Positions 39,759-52,693 of a stretch of 64,000 nt of DNA are shown here, piece after piece. Position 1 is the stretch's first letter, and every line of letters starts with the position of its first letter. Position numbers and translations under genes: made by a program. Below the pieces are notes generated by a model. The model worked only from the letters and a program-made list of their open reading frames with translations, had not been told where the DNA came from and searched no databases. The DNA is from Felis catus (taxonomy: Eukaryota): positions 65,288,001 to 65,352,000 of the forward strand of contig NC_058368.1 in the NCBI RefSeq assembly GCF_018350175.1, in the 5' to 3' direction.

Positions 39759-39983
39759 GGGGCGCCTGGGTGGCGCAGTCGGTTAAGCGTACGACTTCAG
39801 CCAGGTCACGATCTCACAGTCCGTGAGTTCGAGCCCCGCGTCAGGCTCTGGGCTGATGGCTCGGAGCCTGGAGCCTGTTTCCGATTCTGTGTCTTCCTCT
39901 CTCTCTGCCCCTCCCCCGTTCATGCTCTGTCCCTCTCTGTCCCAAAAATAAATAAACGTTGAAAAAAAAAATTAAAAAAAAAA
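39759..39983 (+). mobile_element. Young Felis-type SINE (SINEC_Fc)
   Basis: ggggcgcctgggtggcgcagtcggttaagcg...cagccaggtcacgatc...gggctgatggctcggagcc. CpGs largely intact, A and B boxes intact. Confidence 0.96.
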
Positions 39984-42344
39984 CAAAATTAAATGATGTA
40001 ACATGAAGACACCCTTATGTTTTCTTTGAAAGAATGTAGTGATAAATCCTATTAGGTAAAGCCAGTGGAAATCAATTCATGGACATATAGACCGGAGTTT
40101 ATTGTGTGGGTCCCGCAGTTTGTTGCTTTCACTTTGTTTTAAAGCCTACTGTTTCTCTCAGGGAAGCACCTACTATATATAGGTATATGTCTATCAAAAT
40201 GTTTTTTCAAAATGTGGCATATTTTAGCTATCACTGACAGCAATTTTCAAATGCCTGAAAAGATTAGAGAAGTTAAATGTAAAGAGTACTATAAATTGCA
40301 GTGACATTTCCTGGGAGATAAAGAAATTGATAGAGAGGAAAGTTAAAAAGTCAGGCCTAGGGATAAAGCAATCAAATTGTACCACCTTTGGAATGATCTA
40401 TTTACGATGGAGGCTTTGAATAATAAATTGTGCCACAGGAATGCTCATAGGAACCACTTGTAATTTTCTGAATTCCATTTTAAGCTGTTACCAACCTGGA
40501 CTCTCTTACTTATTGTATCAGTTCAGGTCAGTTAAAATTTATTTTTAATTACTTGCTTGAAGAGCAGCACCCACAATTTCTCTGCCCTTGAGGCACACAT
40601 AGAGTACTGCAGGCAGATATATAGATGATTAGTTTCCATATGATGTGTTGTGATAAAGGCCTACAGGAAAGCAGGGTGAGGTTGAGGGCAGGTAAAGGTA
40701 AACCCATCAGAGGGGGAGGGAGAGAGGCAGGGAGTCAGAGAATAGGGAGTACTGGTTTTCTTCACCACAATAATCTGTTTCTTATACAGGATTAATTGTT
40801 TTTTCATGTACGTGGCTGAACCCTAATTTTATAGTAAATAGGGAGGTTAAATTCCCCTACCAAATAGAAGATCGTGCCCCACGAACTCCCTAAGAAATGG
40901 GCGGCTCTGCTTTTGCCAAGGGCATCAGTTGATCTTCGTTGAAGCGAATAGAACATTCATCCGTCCCTGGGAAATTGTATATAGACTCCCAAGCATGGTG
41001 TTTAACTCCAAATCATTTTAGCTTCCATGTTTTAATAAAATTTCCAGAGCAATGTTAGGAAAATAGCTACATTTATCACCTACGATCATTCCTGCTACAG
41101 GTGTAGTTTTAAATGGCGATAAGCCTACTATTTCACGCACAAACACTCCTTTACAGACATTAACCTGTGATTGTGCTGTATATCTTGACAGGTCATAGAC
41201 TTCATAGTGACCCTATTCAAGTAGGTATGGTACATGGAAATCGACATATAAGTATTTTGATGGTCAAAGATGACATGAATAGTGTGGTAGCGTTTTGCCA
41301 TAGGTGGTTAAAAAGAACAGTTTGTGCTGTGGGTCCCTTTCACCGTTGTGCTTGCATAGATGGTGCCCTAAGTGGTTCTAGCAGGAGGAAAGGTGAAGCC
41401 AAGTTGGCTTCTCTGTGCCTTGTGATGATCTGACTTGGTTGATATTTTAGTCTCTGTATTTTCCATCAGGTTCGAAACTGTGAACGTTTAAACTCTTGAG
41501 CTGTTGCACGGTTTGCCTATGAAGATGTTTTAAGCAAGTTCTGGCATGATAAAAAAAAAAAATAAGAGAGGATGCCCAGATGACAACAAGCAGCAAAATT
41601 CCTCCTTTACATAAAAGCCTCCATTCTCGTTTGTGAAGCAAAATGTTCCCTCTTAAAAGTAACAGCTGCAAAAAAAGCAGGAAGGCAGAACACACTAATC
41701 TAAGTTGTAAAATATGTTTTGGTAGCTCAACAGGGATTTTGCTGTTCCTGAGAAAAAAAATCAGAATCTAATTTTAAAATGAAGGTATTTAAAAGCATGG
41801 CACAAGAGAGCCTTATTTATGGGGCTGGTGAGCAGCCGGGATGCGGGCACTTTGCTGCTCCTACAAGAGCCCAGCCGGGCCACCCTGTGCGTGCAGCGGG
41901 CGCCCGTGACATGTATTAACAAGCACCTGTCTCTTCCGAATGCAACAGTGGATGAAATAAGAGAACTCCAGAAAGAGTTTTAACACAGAAGCAATTTTGT
42001 TTCTCTTAAAGTTGATCTGTTCAAGTGAATATTTCTTTCGAAAAACAAGATTGAAAAATTTTTTTCTCCCCATGCGGAATTGAAGCTCTGAACTTGTGTA
42101 TGTCTTTAGGTGTTATACACACTGATCTTTAGGGTACATTGAACTCGTCCTAATAACAGTTGTAGCATTGAGAGGGCTGTTTTCTGAATAGTGTGCCAGA
42201 TCTCTGAATGAAAGGCAAAACAGTCTGTCAGAGACCTTGGATAGCAAGTCTTGGGACTTTGTTTCTCAGACAGAGCACCAATTTCCTAACTGGAAAATAT
42301 AAGCCTCTATATCTAATGTAGAGTTTTTGAGGTTGAGGAGTATG

Positions 42345-42377
<33 letters not shown>

Positions 42378-42410
42378 CGTGTGTTGTGTGTGTGTGAGAG
42401 AGAGAGAGTG
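42345..42410. repeat. Compound (GT)12(GC)5(GT)n(GA)n microsatellite
   Basis: Read directly. Confidence 0.97.
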
Positions 42411-43065
42411 AGTTCACCACTAACCACAATGAATAATAAGGTTTTGTTGAAGACTAATACTAAGGCTAATTTGCTAAAGTGTTAATTCCACCTGTGATAG
42501 ACATCCAAGTTTAGTTTTCTATCTCTAAAGGAAGTTTCTCTACTTCATTTGGAAAAGTAGGACAGACACCAATGGTGCTATGATTTGAGGGTGCTTTCTT
42601 ATAGACAAGAGAGTTCATTTCTTTTTTCCTAAGAAGGAATGCATTTAGAAAGAATTAATTCTTCCCATTTCTTATCTCTTGCAATTTTTATTTAAACATT
42701 TTAGTGCAGTCGTTACTTTCCAACTTTTTTACAAATATAAAATATATTTGATATATTTGATTATACATCTGATATATTTGATTGGGCTCCTGTGAGCCTA
42801 TAAGCTCCTAGAAATTAGGGCCAGGTCTAATTTAACCTTGCATAGCTGTTAACTTCTGGGTATGTAAGGCACTCAATAACATATATTGAATGTACCAAAT
42901 AATCACCAAGGCTTAGGCTTCCATTTGATTTCTATAAAACAGTCTCTATGTAGATGTTGCCCAACCCTCATGTTTATTCTCTGTTATGAAAGGCATTATG
43001 TATACCCTACTAGGCATGCTTTCAGTCATTATATTGTTATTTTCATTTCTACAGATTTTTTTCTT

Positions 43066-43268
43066 TTTTTAAAGTGTTTGTTTATTTTTGAAAGAGAGCG
43101 AACACAAGTGGGGGAGGGGCAGAGAGAGAGGGAGACACAGAATCTGAAGTAGGCTCCAGGCTCTGAGGTGTCAGCACAGAGCCTGATGCGGGGCCTGAAC
43201 CCACAAACTGTGAGATCGTGACCTGAGCCAAAATCGGATGCTAACTGATTGAGCCACCCAGGTGCCCC
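43066..43268 (-). mobile_element. Can-SINE (SINEC_Fc2-like)
   Basis: TSD tctacagatttttt(t)ctt at 43048 and 43269. Confidence 0.95.
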
Positions 43269-43764
43269 TCTACAGATTTTTTCTTAAGTACAAATGAGGT
43301 CAGAGCACCTGGCCCTCATTGAATTTATGCTCTAGGAGGGAACACAGTACATGGTGTAATGTAAGGCATTTCCTGTGGAGACTGAAGTTGAGATAGTCTC
43401 TATGATGCAAATTAGTAACCTAGACAATAACATATTTAGAGCTGGTTCAGCTGAACATTATACATTATTGTTTCAACTCTAATATTTGGAGAGAGAGAGA
43501 GACCAATTTTGCATTTTACTTGTACTTTTGCTTTCGAAAAAAAAAATCAATATTGTAGAACCACAATTCTGCAGTGGGTGAAATGGTCTTTTTTCCACTG
43601 ATATTTTTGAAAGGATAAAGTAGCCAACCTGCTTTCTTTTCTCTTGCTGTAACAAACATATCAAATCATTAGCCTTTCCATATAGTTGAAGATTGCCTTT
43701 TAATGAAATGAAATTGAATCAAGATAAAGCATGTGGGGTTATTAAAAATGGGCTTCATGTTCTA

Positions 43765-43945
43765 CCACTGACATTTATTGAGCCCTCTGTTCCACATACT
43801 ATTTTTAACTCTTTCCTAGTAGAATCCCAGGTAATCCTTATAGCATATTTTTGTCACAGGTAGTATCATTCACATTTTATAGAAGAGAAAACTGAGAGAG
43901 GTTGAGTACAATTAACTTGTCTAAGAATACAGACAGGTAAGCAGA
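43765..43945 (-). mobile_element. MIR
   Basis: acatttattgagc...cacattttatagaagagaaaactgaga...aacttgtctaag. Confidence 0.7.
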
Positions 43946-44025
43946 TGAACCAGGAAGATTCCATGGGCCATAGCCTATCTGTGTGAACCAGGAAGATTCC
44001 ATGGGCCATAGTCTATCTGTGTGAA
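43946..44025. repeat. 38-bp tandem duplication (2 copies, 1 mismatch)
   Basis: tgaaccaggaagattccatgggccatag(c/t)ctatctgtg x2. Confidence 0.95.
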
Positions 44026-44555
44026 TCATATGATTTTCTTTTTCACTTGAGCAAAATAATTTTTTCCAGAATTAAAATAATTTTACTCAAATTATTGGGA
44101 TATGCAATTTCATATGCAATTCTTTCCAAATAATATGCCTCACTTAACTTTCCATTGTTAGAGAAGGTATGAGGTCGCAAACCTGATTCCACCCTTAAGA
44201 GATCTCTAGAATCTTTCAGTAAGAACAAGTGATAACTTATTTCTTAAAAGTATACACTTTTAAATCATAATGTATATAATTAGTATTATTCTAGCTGTGT
44301 GACATCTGAGCTCCCTTCCTAAGTTTGGAGAAATCCTCCTTTTGTGTCTAATGGGAGGCAGAGCTTGTGTACCATTATAGGAACTGAAAATATCAGGTAC
44401 TTGTTTTCTCAGACTCCTTTGCAGTGGGCCGTGATCACATGCATCAATGAGATTGGCCTATCCTGTTTTTGCAGTAGGAGCTTGTGACAGAAATAGGGAC
44501 AGTGGAGAATTCATTCTGGGGGAAAATCAAAGGCAGGATTTAAAACTTATTTTAT

Positions 44556-44733
44556 GGGGCACCTGGTTGGCTCAGTTGGTTAAGTGTCCACCTCTTGATT
44601 TTGGCTCAGGCCATGATCTCATATTTCGTGAGACTGAGTCCCTCATTGGGCTCTGTGCTGACAACGCTGAGCCTGCTTGGGATTCTCCTTCTCCGCTCCT
44701 CCCCCTCTCATGCTGTCTCTCAAAATAAATAAA
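44556..44733 (+). mobile_element. Can-SINE (older subfamily)
   Basis: ggggcacctggttggctcagttggttaag head. TSD aaaa(c)ttatttt. Confidence 0.92.
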
Positions 44734-46499
44734 CAAAATTATTTTCTTATAGATTTGGCCAAACTAGCTGTTGAGTTCTTAGTACTATTTCTTATGGTGC
44801 TACCGGGGTTATGAAGCCACAGTTAGATTACCCATAGGCAGACCAGGAGTATGTTTAGGCCACTTGTGGACAAGGGCATCAAACAGTATTTTGGGAAAAA
44901 TAATACTTCAAGCAATGTAGTAGTCATCATGATAAAAGTCAGAATTTGTGTGTCTTTTTATTTTCTTTGTAGTTCACCATTGATTTAACTTTGAATTATT
45001 TGTTGTGGTGGTAGGTGGGTAGGCGGGTATGCACCAGAACCTTTCTCCAGCTCAGGGTGAGGAATCTGTCCCTGTTCCCTTTGAAATGCAAAGCAAACTC
45101 CTTCACTAACAGCAAACCATTTTTCCAGGAGGAAAGTAAAGATTCTTACACCTTGCAAACCTAAAGACCAAGATGTATTACCAACTCTTCTGTTTCCCCT
45201 TCAAAGCCTATTGATTGTGGAGTGGGAAGTTAGGTAGAGGGGAATTTGAGGAGCGTGGCTCAGGTAGCAAGAAGGAGGGAAAAGCAAGGGTGATTGCAGA
45301 ATGACCTATTATAGTAGAAAACATTGAGGTTTTCAGAGCAGATATTCCAAATTCAGAGAATTCCCTATCCTTTGGGTTTTCCCAGGCTTCCCATTTCCTA
45401 AGAATTGTATTTCTTAGCAGTTAATTTCTAAGAGTGATAAAGCATCCATGATAATTTGATGAGGCCAGCACGTGGCACGAGTGGTTTTTCCTGTAGAATT
45501 GATTTGAAACAGCTGTTTGGATGCATTGACTATGAATATGGCTTTTAAAAACATTCTAAGGTATAAGAAGAATTCAGTATATAAATGCCACGTCTAGATA
45601 AATACGTTTTGTAATTTCTCTGCACAAAGAAAAAAAAAAAGAGCTACTACCCTGTTTCTAGGGAAATTGAGTATAAATCCACCACTCCAGAATTCTCTGA
45701 GGAATGTGGTTGCTGTTTGAAGATTTTAAGCCCCTTCAGGGCTAGGTTTATGCAGTTTTACTTGTTTCACATGGACTTTGCCCAAGGTTGGACAGACAGA
45801 TAAGCTGCTTAGCTATGGATTTAACTGACTATTAGTTCATTTTTGACATGTCAACATGAGGTTTAGTGAAAAATACTGAGGATAGGCAAGTATTGAAATG
45901 AAAAAGATTAATAAAGATGAAGTAACTTTGATATTCTTGCCTTCATTCATGCTTCTCTTCTTTTTATCTATCAATCTATCTATGTATCTATCTATCCAAT
46001 ACCTCGACATATCTTGTGTATACTATATATTTTTTAATGTGGAGTTGTGAGAGTGCTCATGTGGGAGTCAAGAGGCATAAATTTGGACATGAGACTATAA
46101 CATGTGTTTCAGCCTATTATAACTCCTTAGAATTATTTTTTGATTTCTAGAACTTTCCTCCAGTCAAAAATAAAGCTTACCTTTCTCAGGTCCAGACCAC
46201 AGAGTTTTGTCGTGACGGTGTCTTTGGGGATACTGGCTTCAGATGTTAGCTCAGCAGAGGAAAGGAGGGAGGGTTACAGAAGAAGAATGAGTGGGAGAGA
46301 GCAATTTAAAAAAATGGGTGGAAATGTAGATGCTTTCATGCTAGATTATATTTAAATCTCCTTGTGAAAAGAAATGTGATGAGGGCTTAAAGTCCTTTAA
46401 AACTTAACAATTGACATATCATGACACATCCTTTTAGATGTTTTTAATTTCTAAAAATTATGTGTTGGTGCTACAAAAAGATTTAATGATACAAATGCA

Positions 46500-46990
46500 T
46501 TGGTCTCTTCAGAGGCAACCATTCTTATAGGCCTTCGTGATCCTTCTGTTGATGTTTTATGTACATACAAATATATATAAATATTATATGTATTTACTCA
46601 AATGGTAACATACCGTGTACATTTTTATTCTCATATTTTTCCCACTTGACAACTTCTCTTGAAACTTGTTTCATTTCATTGCCTAAGATCTCACCTCCTC
46701 CCCCAGCCCACCAGCAAGGTTGCATTTTATTGCACTGTACAGATGTCCTGTACCTTACCTACCCAGGGGGCTGTTCGAATAGGACATCTAGGTTGTTTCA
46801 TTTTTGCTATTATGGACCATACTGTCATGGATGTTGTTACAGGTACACCTTTTCACGTAAGTGGAAATTATCTCTGAAAGAAGTTCCTGGAAGTAGAATT
46901 GCTGGGGAGAAGTCAGAGGCATCACATGTTTTGATCGACATTGCCACATTTTTCTCCACGTTCAATGTGCTAGATTACTCTCATAGCAAA
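46500..46990 (-). mobile_element. Old L1ME-like 3' fragment
   Basis: ggacatctaggttgtttcatttttgctatt...cctggaagtagaattgctggg. Confidence 0.7.
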
Positions 46991-47787
46991 AGCAGAGAGC
47001 ACTCACAATTTCGGTGTTACACAATCCCAGAGGATGTTGCTCACGTGACAGGACATATGGATGGAGTTATGCTTTCTCTGCAGTGTTCTAGCCCTGCTTG
47101 ATGCCAACTCATTGCTCTTCTGTTACTGGGGCCTTTGGTTCAAGGTTACAGGCTAGGCAACTTCAGATAGAGGAGATGGATGGATGGACTTTTGGGGATG
47201 CGCTTCAGGTGACTGGAAAAGTCACCATAGGATTATGCACCATTGCAGAAGAAAGTTGTGTAAGTGAAAATAGGCCTATTAGGTATGTAGGGTTGATGGT
47301 ACACTGGAAACTGAATGCTTTATCTCTGTATTTGGAATAGAATATGGGAGTCTCTATCTGAGTGAACCCAGAATCCATTACCAACATGCACTCATGTAAG
47401 AAGTTCATGAAGGATGATATGAAGATCAGATTATGAAATTTCTTAGAGGTCTGCTGTCTGAGTCTTTTAAATCTGGCTTGCTTAATTTTAGACACCAAAC
47501 ATATGGCCATAGCTAATTATATGCTTAAACGTGATTTGAGAATGTTTGATGTTATTCTTTAAGGGACCTCAGAGGCAATGATGATAAGATAAGTGGTTAG
47601 GAAGATAGGACATGTATATAAAGTGAAATACTGACCTTTGGAAAGAGCTGCTGTAAACTTGGGAGAAATTGATTTGTTAAGAATTGTGTTTATGTTTTCT
47701 TCTCGTGTGTCCAATATGTAACAGTATGTGTACACGTGTATGGGTATGTGTATGTATATATACCTCTGAAACAGACACGATGATATG

Positions 47788-47974
47788 TTGATGCCAGCTC
47801 ATATTGGGCCAATTGTCAAACGTTTAGGCATTTTGTAAGGTGATTGACTTCATGTTAATATCTTCAGGTCAGCCATGTTGGGAGTATTTACACCACAGAA
47901 ATTGGCAAACACTAAAACATCAGGATCTGATTTCCTAGAAAGCTCGTTGTTAAATACTTAGCAATCCATCCCTG
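47788..47974. mobile_element. MER63-like hAT MITE (opposite orientation to the 32338 copy)
   Basis: gccatgttgggagtatttacaccacagaaattggcaaacactaaaacatcagg. Confidence 0.65.
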
Positions 47975-49316
47975 TACATCTGTATGCATAATCGATACTC
48001 TGTCCAAAGATGAGGAAACCTTCAGAACTATTAAAAATCCATTTGTTTGTGATGTCTGATTTCTAATATGCAGAAAAAAGTAGAACTTAGTTCTGTGGTA
48101 CTTTTCTCATCAAAGCCTTAATAGATTAATTTTGCTTCTTTTAAGTACAAATACTCTCTCTGTATTCCATTATAGTTTCCTTTTGATTTGTGTATAATTT
48201 CCGGTTGCTTTTCAATAGTTTCATACCAAAAGAATCTTTTGCAAATATTACATTACAGACATACAAACATCATGATTTACCAAGATTCATGGTGGTAGCT
48301 CTTGACTGTAATGAGCAAAAGGGTCACCTAGTTTTAATCCTAAGAATCAGGAAAACTAGAAGTATTGGTATGGAATTAAACATGCATTGTAAAGTCAGAA
48401 GGTCGGGTAGAATGCCTAGTACTCAGCACCCGCATTCATGAGAAAGAAGAAGGGAATTAATGATGTTAGGCTTTATATGCGTTAGCATTTGAATTGCCAG
48501 GTCCAAGTTTAAACCAGCTTGGGTTTAAACGTGTTAAGTGAATACAGAGACTGAGGGCGGGAGGGCATGAAAATCCAGCAGCATACAGAGGTTGTGGTGT
48601 TAATTTTTTCCTTCAGTATTGAAATAGGGAAGAATAACTCTTATCCAGTCAAATACAGGTAATATTAATGACTTGGTCAGAATTGAAGGAGAGTAAATGC
48701 CAGAGTTAGGGCATTGCTGGTAAATATCACTTATGGAAGGCGGAAGTAATAGACAGTTGTGTATAGCCTTGTGGCTCTTGCCATTCTGTAAGTGTGAAGT
48801 GTGATTTATTATTCTGTACTCTGTCATGTATTACTTTAGAGACACAGAGATGATGACTTAGAAATCTTGCATAGAAATGAGCTGAGAGGCTCATGGTTTC
48901 TGGATGGGAAAGAGATTATAAACAGACTCTGACACCTATTTTAGTGTATGACTTACTGATCTAGGAAGAAAATAACTTGTAAAACCTAAATTAAGAAGAG
49001 TAATGATAGTTTACTAATAATGAAAGCCAGCTGTGAGAGTTTCTTTTAATAGCACTATTGAAATATTAAAATGTCGAGGTTTACATGCTGGGCCTTTGGG
49101 AATGCAAAGAAGATTCATTTCTTTAGGGTCCCGATGAATTCAAATTTGCGATAACCTATGTCATTTTTTAAGAATGAGAGATTTTAGGAATGTGATTTTA
49201 TCTGAAATGGAAATTTAAGGCTGCACTAATATGGGCTCTTCTAAGAAGAGAGGAGGTCAGGGCATTAAAGGCATTACAGCTTCCACCTTGATCGACCACT
49301 CGTACTTTGCAACAGA

Positions 49317-49429
49317 TTTTTTAAAAGAGTTTGTTTATTTAAGGAATCTCTGTACCCCACATGGGGCTCGAACTCATGATCCCAGGATCAAGAGTTGTGT
49401 GCTCTTCTGACTGAGCGAGCCTGGTGCCC
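49317..49429 (-). mobile_element. Short tRNA-derived carnivore SINE lacking CT tract (SINEC_old-like)
   Basis: ggggctcgaactcatgatccc...actgagcgagcctggtgccc. TSD caacaga. Confidence 0.85.
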
Positions 49430-49652
49430 TTCAACAGAATTTTTTATGATAGACTTCAATTTTTCATAAAGTAATTCATGCCAGTTTTCCTCTTCTTTTT
49501 ATTCTTATGATTGTTTTGAAAAATCTGTCTATATTTGAAGATTCATATGAAGTTACAGCTGCTCTTTCATTTTTTGAACTAGAACCTCCAATTCCTATAC
49601 CCGTGCCTTTCATCTTTTATTTCTAAACCATCTAATTAAAATGAAAGCACTT

Positions 49653-49870
49653 GAGGTGCTTGGGTGGCTCAGTTGGTTAAGAGTCCGACTTCGACTCAGG
49701 TCATGATGTCACGGTTTGTGGGTTTGAGCCCTGCGTCAGGCTCTGTGCTGACAGCTCAGAGCCTGGAGCCTGCTTTGGATTTGGTGTCTCCCTCTCTCTC
49801 TCTGTCCCTCTCCCGCTCATGCTTTGTCTCTCTCTGTCTCAAAAATACATAAAACATTAAAATAAATAAA
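49653..49870 (+). mobile_element. Can-SINE (SINEC_Fc2-like)
   Basis: Perfect 16-bp TSD taaaatgaaagcactt at 49637-49652 and 49871-49886. Confidence 0.96.
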
Positions 49871-51844
49871 TAAAATGAAAGCACTTTGTGAATTGTGAAG
49901 AACTACATGCATATGCAGTATTATTTTCAGTTGCTTCCATTTTTTTTTTTCCAATGTCTAATTTAGGAATTTTGGGACTGAAGCATTTTGAATAAAGTTT
50001 AGAATTTGGAGAAAGTCAACTGTCATTTAAATGTTATCCATTGTTTAGTTTTTAAAGCCAAATGTTAACTGGCCAGATTACAGTTTATCAGATTATACAC
50101 CTAAATTTTCATCAGCTTGTAGGCACGAGGGGTTTTCTACATGTTTAGGGCTGAGAGTTTTCATGTAACAGATGAAAAAGAAAAAAAATAAACAGGATTA
50201 GTAGACGTGTCGACCTTGGGGAAGAATGTGCTGCTATAGCTCTCTCTGAAGAGATATATTTTGTTGAGCATGATTTTGTACTTGTGGGTAGGACTGACTG
50301 GAATACTGTTTTACTTTATTCACTCAGTTTTTGTAACCTTAGTAACTAGCCCCTTAATTTAGATTGTATCCATTTTGACTTAAAAATAAATGATCTATAT
50401 TTGCATAGTCTTCTCAGGGCTCATTTTTAGCATTTAATGTACCACAAAAGGTGTTTTAAAGTGGGTTATGTGCATTTCCATAGGGAAAATGCATCACGAG
50501 AGCATTATTGGGACAATATATTCATATATTGTTGAACATGCTTGGAGAATCTCTTGACGGTATTAGTTCATGGAGGATTAACTCTCCAATGCCATTTGCC
50601 CATGGCTGGTTCTGCCCATATATCTGTAGGCGTGTTGACCTGTGTCAGAAGCTCTGCCAAGATTGTACAGTCTGCAAAGTAGAGGCATAGAGACACATTT
50701 TGGATAATCTCCGTTTAGACAATTCCAATCTCAATTAGGGTCTTCAGTCAGCAAGAAAGCCTGCAGAACCCCAGAAACTACTTAGTTGCCTGGGGATGTA
50801 GTAGTGAACAGGCAGACAGGGTTCTTGCCTGCCAGGAGGTGTGGTGGGAACAAGGTGGCCGGATGCCGCCTATCTGGCCATGTAAAGACCAGTTCTAAGT
50901 GAGGGAGCCATCCGGGCACTTCGGCTTATCTTCGTGTCAGTACCTTTCACTGTATTCAAATCCATCTTATTTGGAAGCACGTGAGTATGAAGTTGCTTGG
51001 TTAAGATTGGTTAATTGAGGCTAGAGAGGTCTTTTCAAAATGCCATTCCTCTGGTTCAAGTGCTGTAGGGTCTTCCTCTGCTTCCAGAAAGAGGACATGC
51101 TTGCTCATCATGCCCCACAGGATCCTGGCTGTCTGGCACTCCCCAGTCCCTGCAGGCTGACCAGAACAGAAGTCAGACTCCCTCCACGACCCACCTGCCC
51201 TCCTCTGCCTGCCCTCCATTTAACAAACGATCTCCCACACATCCTTTTAGATTTTTAGTTTAGCTTCCTATTCTTGGGAAGCCTGCCTTGAACTCTTTGC
51301 CTCTTCTAGCTTCTAGTGTCTTCCTGGGGAGCATTTTAATAGTTGTCATAATCACATTTAGTTGAAACAAACAAGATGATGACTGGTAAATTTATAAAAC
51401 ATATAGGCTAACTTAATTTTTTTCTCATTGAAAGAGAGAAGTAGTGGGTTGAGGATGGGTTTGGAATTCCATATTTTTCTCTGGAGAGAAGATGTTTTTT
51501 GTTAGCAGTATTATTTTATGAGTGATTGTGTACTTGATGAGTAATTGGAGGCATGTCACAAATTTGGAAATAATCTCGTACATATTGACTTACTCAGGAT
51601 TCTATCAGTGAAAAGACAATAAAATAAAATTTTGATTTAAGACAGACATGTAAAGCCTATGCTTTTAGAAGTGAGTATCCACGTGACATTCATTTCTCAT
51701 TCTATCAGTTAAAAATTTGAGTATTGATTTCAACTTTTGCATTTATCAATGTAATGAATACTGATTTTCATTGCAATGTCCCACTGACATTTTACAGTCC
51801 TAGAGTACATTCTAACTAAAGAAGTAAATTAAGGCTGTGTAATT

Positions 51845-52042
51845 CTTTTTTTTTTGTAATGTTTATTTATTTATTTTGAGAGAGAAGGGGTGGTGGGCAG
51901 AGAGAGAGGGAGAGAGAAGCCCAAGCAGGTTTCACTCTGTCAGCACAGAGTCCAACGTGGGGCTCGATTTCACGAACATTGGGGCCATGACCTGAGATGA
52001 AATCAAGAGTTGGATGCTTAACTGATTGCGCCGAGGCGCTCC
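51845..52042 (-). mobile_element. Can-SINE
   Basis: Reverse-complement SINE. Short TSD gctgtgt. Confidence 0.9.
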
Positions 52043-52430
52043 AGCGCTGTGTTTCTCATTTTAATTTGCCTCCCTTCCTGCCTTCTGTTTCTTCTTTCCT
52101 TCCTGTCTTTCTCTCTATTTGCTGTCTTTTTCAATTCATTAAGTAGTACCAGGAATACAGGGTCACTGTATGGACATATGTGATATACCCACCTGACACC
52201 ACAGGTGTCACTAAATGTTAAAAGTCCCCACACCCACCTATGATCCTCATGCTTGTTCTCCTTAATTAATTATTGTTTCCCACCAGAGCTTTTGGTGTTT
52301 ACACACACTATCATCTGTATTTTTATAGATATGTGGATAATATATCATATCTAGGGATTAAGTAGTATGTATTGTAAAAGCAATGTGCTTTTTTATTTAA
52401 ACCTCATTGACAAAGACTTAAAGATCATTT

Positions 52431-52693
52431 AAAAAATTTTTTTTTAAATGCATATTTTTCAACCAGCCTTTATTTTTTTTTAAACTTTTTTAACGTTTAT
52501 TTATTTTTGGGACAGAGGGAGACAGAGCATGAATGGGGGAGGGGCAGAGAGAGAGGGAGACACAGAATCGGAAACAGGCTCCAGGCTCTGAGCCATCAGC
52601 CCAGAGCCTGACGCGGGGCTCGAACTCACGGACTGCGAGATCGTGACCTGGCTGAAGTCGGACGCTTAACCGACTGTGCCACCCAGGCGCCCC
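52431..52693 (-). mobile_element. Young Felis-type SINE (SINEC_Fc) with extended 3' tail
   Basis: gagccatcagccc, gacctggctgaagtcggacgcttaaccgac and cccaggcgcccc. TSD taaa(g/a)atcattt at 52419 and 52694. Confidence 0.93.

Noticed and set aside
41812..41823. CArG-like ccttatttatgg
   Set aside because: Eight rather than six A/T between CC and GG, so not a consensus SRF site.
46559..47101. 180-aa ATG-initiated ORF
   Set aside because: Lies antisense over a decayed L1ME-like fragment, with no protein-like features or splice support.
49317..49429. tRNA-like sequence
   Set aside because: Degenerate, with an A-rich tail and TSD: a tRNA-derived SINE, not a functional tRNA gene.
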